A DNA stretch of 64,000 nucleotides from an uncultured Anaerolineales bacterium (GTDB taxonomy: Bacteria; Chloroflexota; Anaerolineae; UBA2200): the NCBI GenBank assembly GCA_964478075.1, contig CAYZGO010000008.1:37284-101283 (forward strand), written 5' to 3'. The notes under the pieces were generated by a model, which ran no database searches, had not been told where the DNA came from, and saw only the letters and a list, made by a program, of their open reading frames with translations. Shown piece by piece: positions 28,653 to 38,432 of this stretch (its first letter is position 1; every line of letters starts with the position of its first letter). The translations under genes and the position numbers were made by a program.

Positions 28653-30545
28653 ATGAGCAAGATCATAGGCATTGATTTAGGAACCACGTTCTCTGTGGTT
28701 GCCGTAATGGAAGGTGGCGAGCCGGTGGTTATCCCTACGTCAGAGGGAGAAAGGCTTTGTCCCTCTGTAGTGGCTGTGAATCCCAAGACGGGTGAGCGCA
28801 TGGTGGGCTGGGTAGCCCGTCGCCAGGCTGTTACTAACCCGGAGAATACCGTTTTTTCGATTAAGCGTCTCATGGGCCGCAAGTTCAAAGACCCTGAAGT
28901 GCAAAAAGCCATGAAGCGTTTGCCGTACCGAATCACAGAAGCACCCAATGGAGATGCCTGGGTTGAGTTGGGCGGCAAAAAGCATTCACCGCCCGAGATC
29001 TCGGGGATGATTCTGCAGAAACTCAAGACCGATGCCGAAGCATACCTGGGCGAGCCGGTCAAACAGGCAGTCGTTACCGTGCCCGCCTACTTTAACGATT
29101 CCCAGCGGCAGGCGACGAAGGATGCAGGCAAAATCGCGGGTCTGGAAGTCCTGCGTATCATCAACGAGCCTACGGCATCCTCGTTGGCCTACGGATTGGA
29201 CAAGAAAAAGGACGAACAGATTGCTGTCTATGACCTGGGCGGCGGTACGTTTGACATCTCTATTCTGAGTCTTGGCGAAGGCGTGTTCGAAGTCATCTCT
29301 ACAAATGGTGACACGTTCCTCGGCGGTGATGACTTTGACATGCGTGTCATAGATTGGATCGCTGACGAGTTCAAGAAAGAGCAGGGCATTGATCTGCGCC
29401 AAGACCGCATGGCACTGCAGCGCCTCAAAGAGGCAGCCGAGAAGGCCAAACGGGAGCTGTCCACGGTGATGCAGACTGAGATAAACTTGCCTTTCATCAC
29501 TGCCGATCAAGCAGGTCCCAAGCATCTAGTAATGACACTTACACGCTCCAAGCTGGAGCAGTTGGTGGGCGACCTGGTAGACAAGTCACTCGGCCCGGTC
29601 AAGCAAGCGCTGAAGGACGCGAAGCTCAAGCCGGCGGACATTGATGAGATCGTACTGGTAGGTGGCCAGACACGCATGCCGCTTGTGCAGGAGGCCGTGC
29701 GCAAGGTCTTCGGCAAGGAGCCTAATAAGAGTGTCAACCCTGACGAAGTGGTGGCAGTTGGCGCGGCAATCCAGGCGGCTGTGCTCGCTGGCGAAGTCAC
29801 GGACGTCTTACTCCTCGATGTCACGCCGTTGACGCTGAGTATTGAGACCCTGGGGAGCGTAGCCACACCGATCATTGAGCGCAATACGACTATTCCTACT
29901 AAGAAGAGTCAGATATTCTCAACCGCCGCTGATAGTCAGACCAGCGTGGAGATTCACGTGTTGCAAGGCGAGCGCCCAATGGCCACCGACAATAAAACCT
30001 TGGGGCGCTTCATTCTAGACGGCATTCCACCGGCACCTCGTGGCATCCCGCAGATAGAGGTGACCTTTGACATCGATGCTGATGGCATCCTCCATGTCAG
30101 CGCCCAGGACAAGGCTACTGGCCGCGAGCAGAAAATCACCATCACCGCCTCCAGCGGGCTTGCCAAGGAAGAGGTAGAGAACATGGTGCGCGAAGCTGAG
30201 CGCCATGCCGACGAGGATCGCAAGCGGAAGGGAGAAGTCGAGGCGCGCAATAACGGCGACTCAATGGCCTATTCTGCAGAGAAAACACTGCGTGAATTGG
30301 GCGACAAGGTACCCGCTGACGTCAAAAACGAAGTTGAAGGCAAAGTCGCTGCCGTCCGCTCGGCATTGCAGGGTCAGGATGTAACTCGTATCCGCAGCAC
30401 GACGCAGGAACTGAGCGAGGCTTTGCAGCGTATGGGTGCCACCATGTACCAGCAGGCTGGACCCACCGAGCCTGCACCAGAGAGCCAAGGTGGGCAGGAG
30501 CCACCCGACGAGGGTACTGTCGAGGGCGAGTTCCGCGAGGTGTAA
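28653..30545 (+). CDS. dnaK: Molecular chaperone DnaK (Hsp70)
   Basis: [22 protein letters not shown] and [15 protein letters not shown] signatures. 630 aa. Confidence 0.97.
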   Translation: MSKIIGIDLGTTFSVVAVMEGGEPVVIPTSEGERLCPSVVAVNPKTGERMVGWVARRQAVTNPENTVFSIKRLMGRKFKDPEVQKAMKRLPYRITEAPNGDAWVELGGKKHSPPEISGMILQKLKTDAEAYLGEPVKQAVVTVPAYFNDSQRQATKDAGKIAGLEVLRIINEPTASSLAYGLDKKKDEQIAVYDLGGGTFDISILSLGEGVFEVISTNGDTFLGGDDFDMRVIDWIADEFKKEQGIDLRQDRMALQRLKEAAEKAKRELSTVMQTEINLPFITADQAGPKHLVMTLTRSKLEQLVGDLVDKSLGPVKQALKDAKLKPADIDEIVLVGGQTRMPLVQEAVRKVFGKEPNKSVNPDEVVAVGAAIQAAVLAGEVTDVLLLDVTPLTLSIETLGSVATPIIERNTTIPTKKSQIFSTAADSQTSVEIHVLQGERPMATDNKTLGRFILDGIPPAPRGIPQIEVTFDIDADGILHVSAQDKATGREQKITITASSGLAKEEVENMVREAERHADEDRKRKGEVEARNNGDSMAYSAEKTLRELGDKVPADVKNEVEGKVAAVRSALQGQDVTRIRSTTQELSEALQRMGATMYQQAGPTEPAPESQGGQEPPDEGTVEGEFREV

Positions 30546-30565
30546 GAACAGGTTGCTTTGCAGCT

Positions 30566-30610
30566 AACGCAGGGGGATTGTGAGCCAGCAATCCCCCTGC
30601 GTTCTTTTGG
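30566..30610 (+). terminator. Rho-independent terminator after dnaK
   Basis: AACGCAGGGGGATTG-TGAGCCAGC-AATCCCCCTGCGTT, followed by CTTTTGG. Confidence 0.7.
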
Positions 30611-30644
30611 CGCGCCCCAGTTTCCAGATGTTCCTGCGCCAGTT

Positions 30645-30695
30645 GTAGAGACGTAGCCTCAGCTTGTGGTGAGATTACACATGCTATGTCTCTAC
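30645..30695 (+). repeat. 51-nt nested-hairpin element, copy 2 (family B)
   Basis: 48 of 51 positions identical to copy 1. One of the three substitutions converts a G-C pair into a G-U pair, valid only in a plus-strand transcript. Confidence 0.7.
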
Positions 30696-30824
30696 CGTTC
30701 GACCGGTCGTCATTGCGCCGACGCGGCTGCCCGAACTTGTGCTCCCCTTCGTTTGGCTCTCATCTATCATTGGTGTATACTACTGCTTGGATACAAGCTG
30801 AGCGGAGGATGCTGAACGACTCCT

Positions 30825-31937
30825 ATGAGTGTCAAGCGCGACTACTATGAAGTGCTGGGGGTGGGACGGGGAGCAGGTGCGGACGAAATTCGCAAGGCTT
30901 ATCGTCGGCTTGCCCGCCAGTATCACCCTGATGTAAATAAGGGCCCTGATGCTGAGCCTCGCTTCAAGGAAATCAACGAAGCCTACGAGGTGCTGAGCGA
31001 TCAGGAGAAACGCCTGGCCTACGACCGCTTTGGTTTTGCCGGTGTGGAAGGCAGGCTCGGCGGCTTCTCTGGCTTTACCGACCTGAGCGACGTTTTCGAA
31101 AGTTTTTTTGGTGGTTTCGCTCGCACTCGCACACGAAAAGGCCCACGTGCGGGCGAGGACCTTCGCGCCAGCCTTACGCTCTCGTTTGAGGAGGCTGTGT
31201 TCGGCGCTGAGAAAGAGCTGGAAGTAGAGCGGCTTGAACTCTGCCCGATCTGCAGTGGGAGTGGCTCTGAGCCTGGCTCCAGCCCTGTTCGCTGTCCAGA
31301 ATGTGGAGGCACGGGCGAGGTGCGCCGAGTACGGTCCTCCATTTTTGGCTCATTCGTCAATGTCTCAACCTGTCCACGCTGCCGGGGAGAGGGAGTAGTT
31401 ATCTCACGCCCTTGCCATGGGTGTCGAGGACAGCAGAGAGTGCGCGGCAGGAAACGTATCGCCGTGACCATTCCACCTGGTGTGGATGACGGCACACGCA
31501 TTCGCCTCGCTGGCGAGGGCAATGCCGGCATCAACGGAGGCCCGCCTGGACATCTCTATGCCTTTCTTTCCGTCAAGCCACATCGCCACTTCAGACGGAA
31601 GGACAACGACATCTATTTGGACATCACCATCAACTTTGCACAGGCCGCCCTGGGCGATGAGATCGCTGTCCCTACTCTTGATGGAGATGTGAAGCTGGCA
31701 ATCCCGGCGGGTACTCAAACTGGGCAGACTTTCACAATCAAAGGGCAAGGCGTACCATATTTGCGCCGCAACGGCCGGGGAAACCAGTTGGTGAGCGTAT
31801 TTGTTGCTACGCCCACCAAACTGACCGCAGAACAGAAGCGGCTGCTCCGGGAGCTTTCCAAGACTCTGGGCAAAGAGGCCGTTCTGAGGAATGGCCGGAG
31901 CGTGTTTGACAAGCTCAAGGATGCCTTTCGCATGTAG
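30825..31937 (+). CDS. dnaJ: Molecular chaperone DnaJ
   Basis: J-domain (YYEVLGV...HPD), G/F region, and four CxxCxGxG zinc-finger repeats. Confidence 0.95.
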   Translation: MSVKRDYYEVLGVGRGAGADEIRKAYRRLARQYHPDVNKGPDAEPRFKEINEAYEVLSDQEKRLAYDRFGFAGVEGRLGGFSGFTDLSDVFESFFGGFARTRTRKGPRAGEDLRASLTLSFEEAVFGAEKELEVERLELCPICSGSGSEPGSSPVRCPECGGTGEVRRVRSSIFGSFVNVSTCPRCRGEGVVISRPCHGCRGQQRVRGRKRIAVTIPPGVDDGTRIRLAGEGNAGINGGPPGHLYAFLSVKPHRHFRRKDNDIYLDITINFAQAALGDEIAVPTLDGDVKLAIPAGTQTGQTFTIKGQGVPYLRRNGRGNQLVSVFVATPTKLTAEQKRLLRELSKTLGKEAVLRNGRSVFDKLKDAFRM

Positions 31938-31981
31938 ACAGGGGGACGTGAAACAACCCCTCTTTGATCCCAGTCAACAGT

Positions 31982-32911
31982 ATGAAACTGATAGAGATCA
32001 GTGTAGAGACAGATGGCGAGGCAGCGGAGGCTGTGAGCGCCATATTCAATGAATACAGCCAGGGTGGAACTGTCGTTGAGGAAGTGTGGCTTGATGCGTC
32101 TCTGCCTCACGTGGTCAAAGTGAAGGCTTTCCTGTCACCCGAGCGCAGTGCTGCCTTGCCGCAGATTGAAAAGGCTTTGTGGCATCTGGGGCAGATCTAC
32201 CCTATTCTGCCCCCATCCGTGCGCTGGCTTCCTGAAGCTGATTGGACTGAAGCCTGGAAATCTGGTTACAGTGTGCAGCGCATTGGACGCGGCCTTGTGA
32301 TTAAACCATCGTGGCAGTCCTACACTGCTGCTCCTGGTCAGGTGGTAATAGAACTTGATCCTGGTTTGGCCTTTGGAACTGGCTTACATCCCTCCACTCG
32401 ACTCTGCCTGCTGGCTCTAGAGGATCACCTAGAACCAGGCGATCGTGTGCTGGACGTGGGCACTGGATCTGGCATCCTTTCTATCGCAGCCGCCAAGCTG
32501 GGTGCTGATAGCGTCGTTGCCCTGGACACAGATGGGATGGCACTGGAAGTCGCACGGGAAAACATTGCGCGTAACGGCGTGCAGGGAATGGTCTCACTGG
32601 AAAGGGCTTCCTTGAGCCCGCTGTCAACGCTTGACTGCTCAGATGGCCCGGCGGAGACCTTCAACGGTCTTGGTGTCTGGGACGGTGCTTTTGACTTGCT
32701 GTTAATGAATATCTTGCCCGCTGTAATTGCTGGGTCAGCCGAGGCGGTAGCTGAGTGCCTGGCGACGGACGGGCAATTCGTCGTCTCAGGGATTATTCGA
32801 TCACGAGAAGATTTTGTGCGCAGCGCCCTCGCTGCTGCAAGCCTGATAGTCGTGGAGCGTCGTGTGAAGAAAGACTGGGTTGCATTGATCGGCTGTTCGC
32901 CCCGCTCATGA
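31982..32911 (+). CDS. prmA: Ribosomal protein L11 methyltransferase PrmA
   Basis: MKLIEISVETDGEAAEAV N-terminus and SAM motif LDVGTGSGILSIAAAKLGA. Start codon is uncertain (weak RBS). Confidence 0.82.
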   Translation: MKLIEISVETDGEAAEAVSAIFNEYSQGGTVVEEVWLDASLPHVVKVKAFLSPERSAALPQIEKALWHLGQIYPILPPSVRWLPEADWTEAWKSGYSVQRIGRGLVIKPSWQSYTAAPGQVVIELDPGLAFGTGLHPSTRLCLLALEDHLEPGDRVLDVGTGSGILSIAAAKLGADSVVALDTDGMALEVARENIARNGVQGMVSLERASLSPLSTLDCSDGPAETFNGLGVWDGAFDLLLMNILPAVIAGSAEAVAECLATDGQFVVSGIIRSREDFVRSALAAASLIVVERRVKKDWVALIGCSPRS

Positions 32912-33023
32912 CGGGGCCGGTCGCCCCGCTTATGACGGGGTGGAAAGGAGAGCAGGCGAAGCGACACTGCGTGAGCGCCAGAGCTGCATGAAGGCCGCTG
33001 CTCGTGTCTCTCTGCCCTTCGAT

Positions 33024-33803
33024 ATGCATCGCTTTTTTATCCCTCCCGCCTGGTTCAAAGGTGACACCGTAACGCTTAAAGGCACGGTGGTACACCAGAT
33101 CAAGAACGTCCTGCGCCTCAAGTCCGGTGATTCGATCGTGGTGTTGGACGACTCCGGCTGGGAGTACAAAGTGCGGCTTACCACTGTTGGGCATAAACAA
33201 GTGGGGGGCCGGATAGAGCACAAGGTGCTGGCCCGCACCGAGCCCAGGGCCAAGATCACCCTGTACCAGAGCATGCTCAAAGGTCGCAATTTCGAGTGGG
33301 TGCTGCAAAAAGGCACAGAACTGGGTATTGTGGAGTTTGTGCCCATGGTCTCCAGCCGTTGTGTGATTGCCAGTCTGGATGACGTGAGTAAGCCCAAGTT
33401 AGGGCGCTGGCAAAGAATTGTGGTAGAAGCAGCAGAGCAGTCCTCGCGTGGCCGGTTGCCTCGCTTGCACGCACCCTTGTTGTTTCCTCAAGCCTGTGAA
33501 AGAGCGCGTCGCGCGGATCTGGCCTTGCTTCCCTGGGAAGGTGAAAGGATGAGAAGCCTGCGCTCTATGCTGGTGGACTCGGGCTACGTGGTGACCAAAG
33601 TGCAGGGGAAGGCTTCGTTCATCCGCAGGCCATTTTCTATTAGCCTCTTCATTGGCCCCGAAGGTGGCTTTACCATTCGAGAAGTTGACCAGGCTCGTCG
33701 CTATGGCGTTGCGCCAGTCAGCCTGGGACCGCGCATTCTACGCGCCGAGACCGCTGCCCTGGTTGCCACGACCATTGTTCTGTACCAATTGGGAGACATG
33801 TAG
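33024..33803 (+). CDS. rsmE: 16S rRNA (uracil1498-N3)-methyltransferase RsmE
   Basis: MHRFFIP... N-terminus and a SPOUT C-terminal region (GPEGGFT). Track ORF trimmed to the ATG. Confidence 0.85.
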   Translation: MHRFFIPPAWFKGDTVTLKGTVVHQIKNVLRLKSGDSIVVLDDSGWEYKVRLTTVGHKQVGGRIEHKVLARTEPRAKITLYQSMLKGRNFEWVLQKGTELGIVEFVPMVSSRCVIASLDDVSKPKLGRWQRIVVEAAEQSSRGRLPRLHAPLLFPQACERARRADLALLPWEGERMRSLRSMLVDSGYVVTKVQGKASFIRRPFSISLFIGPEGGFTIREVDQARRYGVAPVSLGPRILRAETAALVATTIVLYQLGDM

Positions 33804-33842
33804 CACTGCTCACGGGGCTTTTGCCCCCTAGATTGGAGTTCT

Positions 33843-36692
33843 ATGGGCCGTACCTATGTCGCCCTGGACATCGAGACTACTGGTCTGGATGTAGCGCGGG
33901 ATGCTATCATCGAAGTCGCTGCTGTAAGATTTCGCGATAGCGAAGTACTGGATAGCTGGTCCACTCTGGTTGACCCGAAACGTCCCCTGCCTTACAAGAT
34001 ACAGTTGCTCACAGGCATCAAACCCCAAGATGTGCGGCACGCGCCCGCAATTGCTGCTGTCACTGCCCCACTTGCCAGGTTCGTCCGTGATTGCACTATC
34101 GTCGGGCACACTGTGGGCTTTGACCTGGCCTTCCTCAGGAAACACGGCATCTTGCTAAGGAATGCCAGGATTGATACTTATGCATTGGCCAGCATTCTGC
34201 TGCCAGAAGCCACTCGTTACAGCCTGGCTGCTCTTCTGGACGTCCTGGGTATCGAACTGAAGAATGGCCACCGTGCCCTGGCCGATGCCCTGGCAGCAAA
34301 AGACCTCTTTCTGGCCCTTGTTGATCGCGGGCTGCAGATGGATCTCGCCGTATTGCAAGCGATCAACCGCGTGGCTGCCAATAGCCATTGGCCGCTACGG
34401 CAGTTCTTTCGCGATCTTGAACGCGAGCAGGCGCGCACAGCTTCCATCGGCAACATACGTGAACAACTTCTGGGCAAAGGGGATCTGGATAGTGCCGCGC
34501 TGGGTCTGGTGATGGATCGGAGGGAGCAGCTAGAACCGCTGTGTCCGACAGCTACCATAAACTTGCTCGATGAGCGAACCCTGGTCGCCATGCTATCGCC
34601 TGGAGGATTGTTGGCAGAGCGCTTTGCGGGGTATGAATACCGTCCCCAACAGGTAGATATGCTAAGGGCAGTCACACAGGCCTACAATGAGGGGCAACAG
34701 CTCCTGGTAGAAGCCGGTACGGGCACTGGCAAGTCCATCGCCTACTTGCTGCCCGCTATTCACTTTGCTGTACGCAATGGCCGACCCGTGGTTGTATCCA
34801 CCAACACGATCAACTTGCAGGATCAACTTTTCAACAAAGACATCCCTGACCTGAAGAGAATACTACCCTTTGACTTCAGGGCGACACTGCTCAAGGGACG
34901 CAGTAACTATCTCTGCCTGCGTCGGCTGGCCATCTTCAGGCGCAGGGAATCCCTGGAGGCAGATGAAGTGCAAGTGTTGGCCAAGATTCTGGCCTGGCTT
35001 CCTGTTACCGAGACCGGCGACCGTGCAGAGTTGTCGCTTCGCGAGCGAGAACTTGCCGTGTGGAGCAAGGTACAGGCGGAGCAGGAGACCTGTCTGGGTG
35101 ATCGTTGCCCGCACCGCAGGAAGGGCCGCTGCTTCCTGTATCGGGCGCGCCGCAGTGCACAGGGTGCCCATGTCATCGTGGTGAACCACGCCTTGCTACT
35201 GTCAGATATGTTGGTCTCCAACAGGGTCTTGCCCGAGTACCACCATCTGATCATTGACGAAGCGCACCACCTTGAGGCCCGTGCTACGGAGCAGTCAGGC
35301 TTTGCTGTGAACCGAAGCCAGGCTTATTCTCTCCTGGCGGGCCTCGCTCAGCGGACGGCCACAGGTCAATACAGGGGATTCCTGCCTGGGATCCCACGGC
35401 ATCTCCGCGGCAGCGCAGTGGCGGCAGAAACCCAGAAGCAGGTCAACGTGTACCTGGCCAAACTGCAGACTCAGGTTGAACAGGCCCCAAGGGCCATGGA
35501 CAGCTTCTTCGATGGCCTGTTCCTTTTCGTTAATGAGACCTTGATGTCAGAGTCACGGCGGGTCAACACTGCCTATGATCGCCAGATCGAACTGACCACT
35601 GGCGTGAGGATTCAACCCGGCTGGTCTGAAATCGAGATACTTGCAGATGATCTGGACAGTGCATTGCTCAAAGTCGAGCAGGGTCTGCAGGGCCTGCACG
35701 GCGGCTTCTCTGATCTGGAAGATCAGGACATTCCGAACTATGACGATTTGCTGCAGGGGATTTGGGCTCGTTTAGAGCGTGTGAGGGAGTTACGGGAGCA
35801 GTTGCGAGTTATCATCACTCAGCCGGTGTCAGCCGGCATCTACTGGCTTAGCATAGGGGCTAGAGATAACGAGATTACATTGCATTCCGCACCTCTGCAC
35901 GTGGGACAATTGCTGACGCAGAACCTGTTCTCCAGGTTAGAGATGGTGGTTCTCACTTCGGCAACCCTGCGCACAGCCAACGGCTTTGGCTACATTCGTG
36001 AACGTCTGGGGTTAGAGGATGCTGAGGAATTAGCAGTGGGTTCTCCGTTCGATTACTCTAGTTCTACACTGCTCTACCTGCCCACTGACATTCCGGAGCC
36101 CGCTCGGCCAAACTACCAGAACATAGTATCCAAGGCCACTACTGACTTGTGTCTGGCCACGGGAGGGCGGACACTGATTCTTTTCACTTCCCATAGGCAG
36201 TTGCAAGCAACATACCGCGCCATCACCAGGCCGCTGGAAGAAGCGGGCATCGTTGTTTACGGCCAGGGATTAGATGGATCGCGGCGGCAGTTACTCGAGA
36301 GTTTCAAGACTATTGCCCGTTCAGTGTTGCTAGGCACGAGGAGTTTCTGGGAAGGCATTGACGTTGTCGGCCCCGCTCTCAGTTGCCTGGTCATTGTCCG
36401 CCTGCCTTTCTCCGTGCCGTCTGACCCTGTTTTCGCGGCACGTAGCAGGACCTTCGAGGATCCCTTTGGGCAATATGCGGTGCCTGAGGCGGTGCTACGC
36501 TTTCGGCAAGGATTTGGCCGCTTGATCCGGAGTTGCACTGATCGTGGTGTCGTCGTTGTGCTCGACAAACGCGTCCTTAGCAAAAGCTACGGCTCGTCCT
36601 TCCTTGACTCTCTGCCAGATTGTACGGTATACCGTGGTCCGATCAGTAGTCTACCCGCGAGGGCTGCACGCTGGATTGAGGAAGAGCTCTAG
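33843..36692 (+). CDS. dinG: DinG-family ATP-dependent helicase with an N-terminal DnaQ-like 3'-5' exonuclease domain
   Basis: DIETTGLD (Exo I) at the N-terminus; Walker A GTGKS; DEAHH box; 949 aa. Same architecture as Bacillus DinG. Confidence 0.88.
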   Translation: MGRTYVALDIETTGLDVARDAIIEVAAVRFRDSEVLDSWSTLVDPKRPLPYKIQLLTGIKPQDVRHAPAIAAVTAPLARFVRDCTIVGHTVGFDLAFLRKHGILLRNARIDTYALASILLPEATRYSLAALLDVLGIELKNGHRALADALAAKDLFLALVDRGLQMDLAVLQAINRVAANSHWPLRQFFRDLEREQARTASIGNIREQLLGKGDLDSAALGLVMDRREQLEPLCPTATINLLDERTLVAMLSPGGLLAERFAGYEYRPQQVDMLRAVTQAYNEGQQLLVEAGTGTGKSIAYLLPAIHFAVRNGRPVVVSTNTINLQDQLFNKDIPDLKRILPFDFRATLLKGRSNYLCLRRLAIFRRRESLEADEVQVLAKILAWLPVTETGDRAELSLRERELAVWSKVQAEQETCLGDRCPHRRKGRCFLYRARRSAQGAHVIVVNHALLLSDMLVSNRVLPEYHHLIIDEAHHLEARATEQSGFAVNRSQAYSLLAGLAQRTATGQYRGFLPGIPRHLRGSAVAAETQKQVNVYLAKLQTQVEQAPRAMDSFFDGLFLFVNETLMSESRRVNTAYDRQIELTTGVRIQPGWSEIEILADDLDSALLKVEQGLQGLHGGFSDLEDQDIPNYDDLLQGIWARLERVRELREQLRVIITQPVSAGIYWLSIGARDNEITLHSAPLHVGQLLTQNLFSRLEMVVLTSATLRTANGFGYIRERLGLEDAEELAVGSPFDYSSSTLLYLPTDIPEPARPNYQNIVSKATTDLCLATGGRTLILFTSHRQLQATYRAITRPLEEAGIVVYGQGLDGSRRQLLESFKTIARSVLLGTRSFWEGIDVVGPALSCLVIVRLPFSVPSDPVFAARSRTFEDPFGQYAVPEAVLRFRQGFGRLIRSCTDRGVVVVLDKRVLSKSYGSSFLDSLPDCTVYRGPISSLPARAARWIEEEL

Positions 36693-36705
36693 AAGGAAGC
36701 GCACT

Positions 36706-37167
36706 CTAAAGTGCCGCAACTGGGACTGTGTCAGATTGAACCGGTGGCGGAGGCGGGACTTGGGCTGGGGTACGGTCGTTAGTCAGCTTCCACGAGATGA
36801 GTTCCAGCATGGTAATCAATTGAAACGGTTTGAGGATAACCGGGGCGCCGGTGGCGTTCAAGAAACGTTGCGTCGCCAAATTGGCAATATCCCCGGTGCA
36901 GAAGATAACCCGCTTGCTCAAACCAGGATACGAACTGCACAGTTGACGATAGAATGCCTCCCCACCCATAACTGGCATTCTGATGTTAGTGATAATCAAG
37001 ACATAGTCCTGAAGAGACACTTTCTCCAGGGCCACTTGGCCGTTGCTAGCCATGTCAACATCATACCCTGCGATTCTCAGCACACGAGCCAGGATATCGA
37101 GGATATCCTGCTCATCGTCAACGATAAGGATTTTGCTTGGCACGGATGCACGGCTGGATTCACTCAT
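36706..37167 (-). CDS. Stand-alone response-regulator receiver (REC) domain protein with a Pro-rich C-terminal tail
   Basis: ILIVDDEQDILDIL...DYVLIITNIRMPVMGGEAF CheY-like fold residues. No output domain. Tail PAQVPPPPPVQSDT. GAAGGA RBS. Confidence 0.8.
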   Translation of the reverse strand: MSESSRASVPSKILIVDDEQDILDILARVLRIAGYDVDMASNGQVALEKVSLQDYVLIITNIRMPVMGGEAFYRQLCSSYPGLSKRVIFCTGDIANLATQRFLNATGAPVILKPFQLITMLELISWKLTNDRTPAQVPPPPPVQSDTVPVAAL

Positions 37168-37192
37168 TGATCTGATCCTTCAACGGCCTCGG

Positions 37193-37408
37193 CTAGAACC
37201 ACTCGACTTCGTGTTCGTTCATCCACACAATAAGCTGCTCAGCGAACTGCTCGATGGTCGCAGCCCTTATAGCTGCAATGCCCCCGAGTTCGTTGGCTTC
37301 CAGGTTGAATTGAGCGAGCGCCCTCTTTGGGTTGTTCAAGAGTGTGCTACGGAAGCCATCATCAATGACTGCTGTGCCAATGATCTGAGAGAGAGATGCG
37401 GTCGTCAT
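37193..37408 (-). CDS. Small protein (71 aa) with an NHLP/Nif11-like leader-type N-terminal segment
   Basis: DDGFRSTLLNNPKRALAQ resembles the nitrile-hydratase-leader-peptide family motif (D-AFR-RLLADPKAVLAE) as I recall it. ELGG precedes a 26-aa C-terminal segment with no Cys. AAGGAG RBS. Confidence 0.6.
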   Translation of the reverse strand: MTTASLSQIIGTAVIDDGFRSTLLNNPKRALAQFNLEANELGGIAAIRAATIEQFAEQLIVWMNEHEVEWF

Positions 37409-37422
37409 CGTCCACTCCTTTC

Positions 37423-38037
37423 CTATGAGCTGTGTTTACTTTTGGATATGCTCTCTGTAGGACCAGCAGGTGAATGCTGCCCCAGCATAGCGCTTTGTAT
37501 GAGAAAGAAGGCTCCCAGAGCAACGAGCACGTCGCCAACGCTGAAGACACTAGGCACAGGAAAGGGTCTGGGCAGCACAAAAACATCAGATAAAAGCCAC
37601 AGCTTTGTCTCTTGTGGCGATAGGAGCATGTTTTTGCTGCTGTAGATGCGCATACCGGATGCCAGAGATGGTACGAGACCGGCATGTCCCACTTTGATGA
37701 GGGCCTCCGGTGTAATGGGCATCCAGCCACCATTGGTGACCATCACTACGAGATTCAGCAGCAGGCCCAGCCCGATTAGCCTCACGCCCTCAAGATGGCG
37801 GTTGGCCCACACTGTAACCAACAGGAGCAGGTGGGAGCCCACGAAAATCAACTCTTGCCAGCCCCAGACGCCGATAGCCTTGCGTGAAGGTGTCTGGTAA
37901 ATGAAAAGTGCCTGGGCAGCAAACGCTACCACCGCAAGTGCACCACAACACAGTGGCACCGCTGCCAGTCCGTTGAATCGTCCACCTCGTAGCAATCCAA
38001 TGACGATCGAAACGACAATGGCAGCTACAAGGATCAT
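37423..38037 (-). CDS. Integral membrane protein (4-5 TM; NGGWMPI motif; possibly DUF5317-like)
   Basis: Hydrophobicity pattern; no catalytic motifs recognised. Family assignment is from memory only. Confidence 0.55.
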   Translation of the reverse strand: MILVAAIVVSIVIGLLRGGRFNGLAAVPLCCGALAVVAFAAQALFIYQTPSRKAIGVWGWQELIFVGSHLLLLVTVWANRHLEGVRLIGLGLLLNLVVMVTNGGWMPITPEALIKVGHAGLVPSLASGMRIYSSKNMLLSPQETKLWLLSDVFVLPRPFPVPSVFSVGDVLVALGAFFLIQSAMLGQHSPAGPTESISKSKHSS

Positions 38038-38090
38038 CTTAGATCGAGTCTACCAGATAATCCTATCGGAATACCAAGTGCAGGCAAGGC

Positions 38091-38234
38091 CTAGGGGCCG
38101 GCTGGGCCGCCACCGCCAAAGCACTCAGGAGCACCGCTGCCGAGCACCAGCGCCGTGATGACCAACAGGGCCCAAATCAGACGCACAGTGTTGGCGCTCG
38201 TGAATTTGCAGACTGTAGGTAGCCACTTCTTCAT
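38091..38234 (-). CDS. Unannotated small membrane peptide (47 aa): MKKWLPTVCKFTSANTVRLIWALLVITALVLGSGAPECFGGGGPAGP
   Basis: Not in the ORF track (under 60 aa). ATG preceded by a strong RBS GAGGAGAGG at 4-nt spacing. Single TM helix, Gly-rich tail, two Cys. Lies 53 nt upstream of the membrane-protein gene. Coordinates are hand-indexed. Confidence 0.5.
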   Translation of the reverse strand: MKKWLPTVCKFTSANTVRLIWALLVITALVLGSGAPECFGGGGPAGP

Positions 38235-38432
38235 TTGTCCTCTCCTCTCTTGTTGCTGGCTGCATAGTTACCCACATAGATTGCGCAGCTATCATTTATA
38301 CGTAAATTATAACACAGCCTGCTTTCGGAAGTGCTTACATAGGTGCTTACGAGAGGCCGCTAGAATAGAAAGAGGGCCACCACGTAGGTAAGCCCTCTTT
38401 GCTGCCTAGATGCACGAGCCAAGCACGACGTG

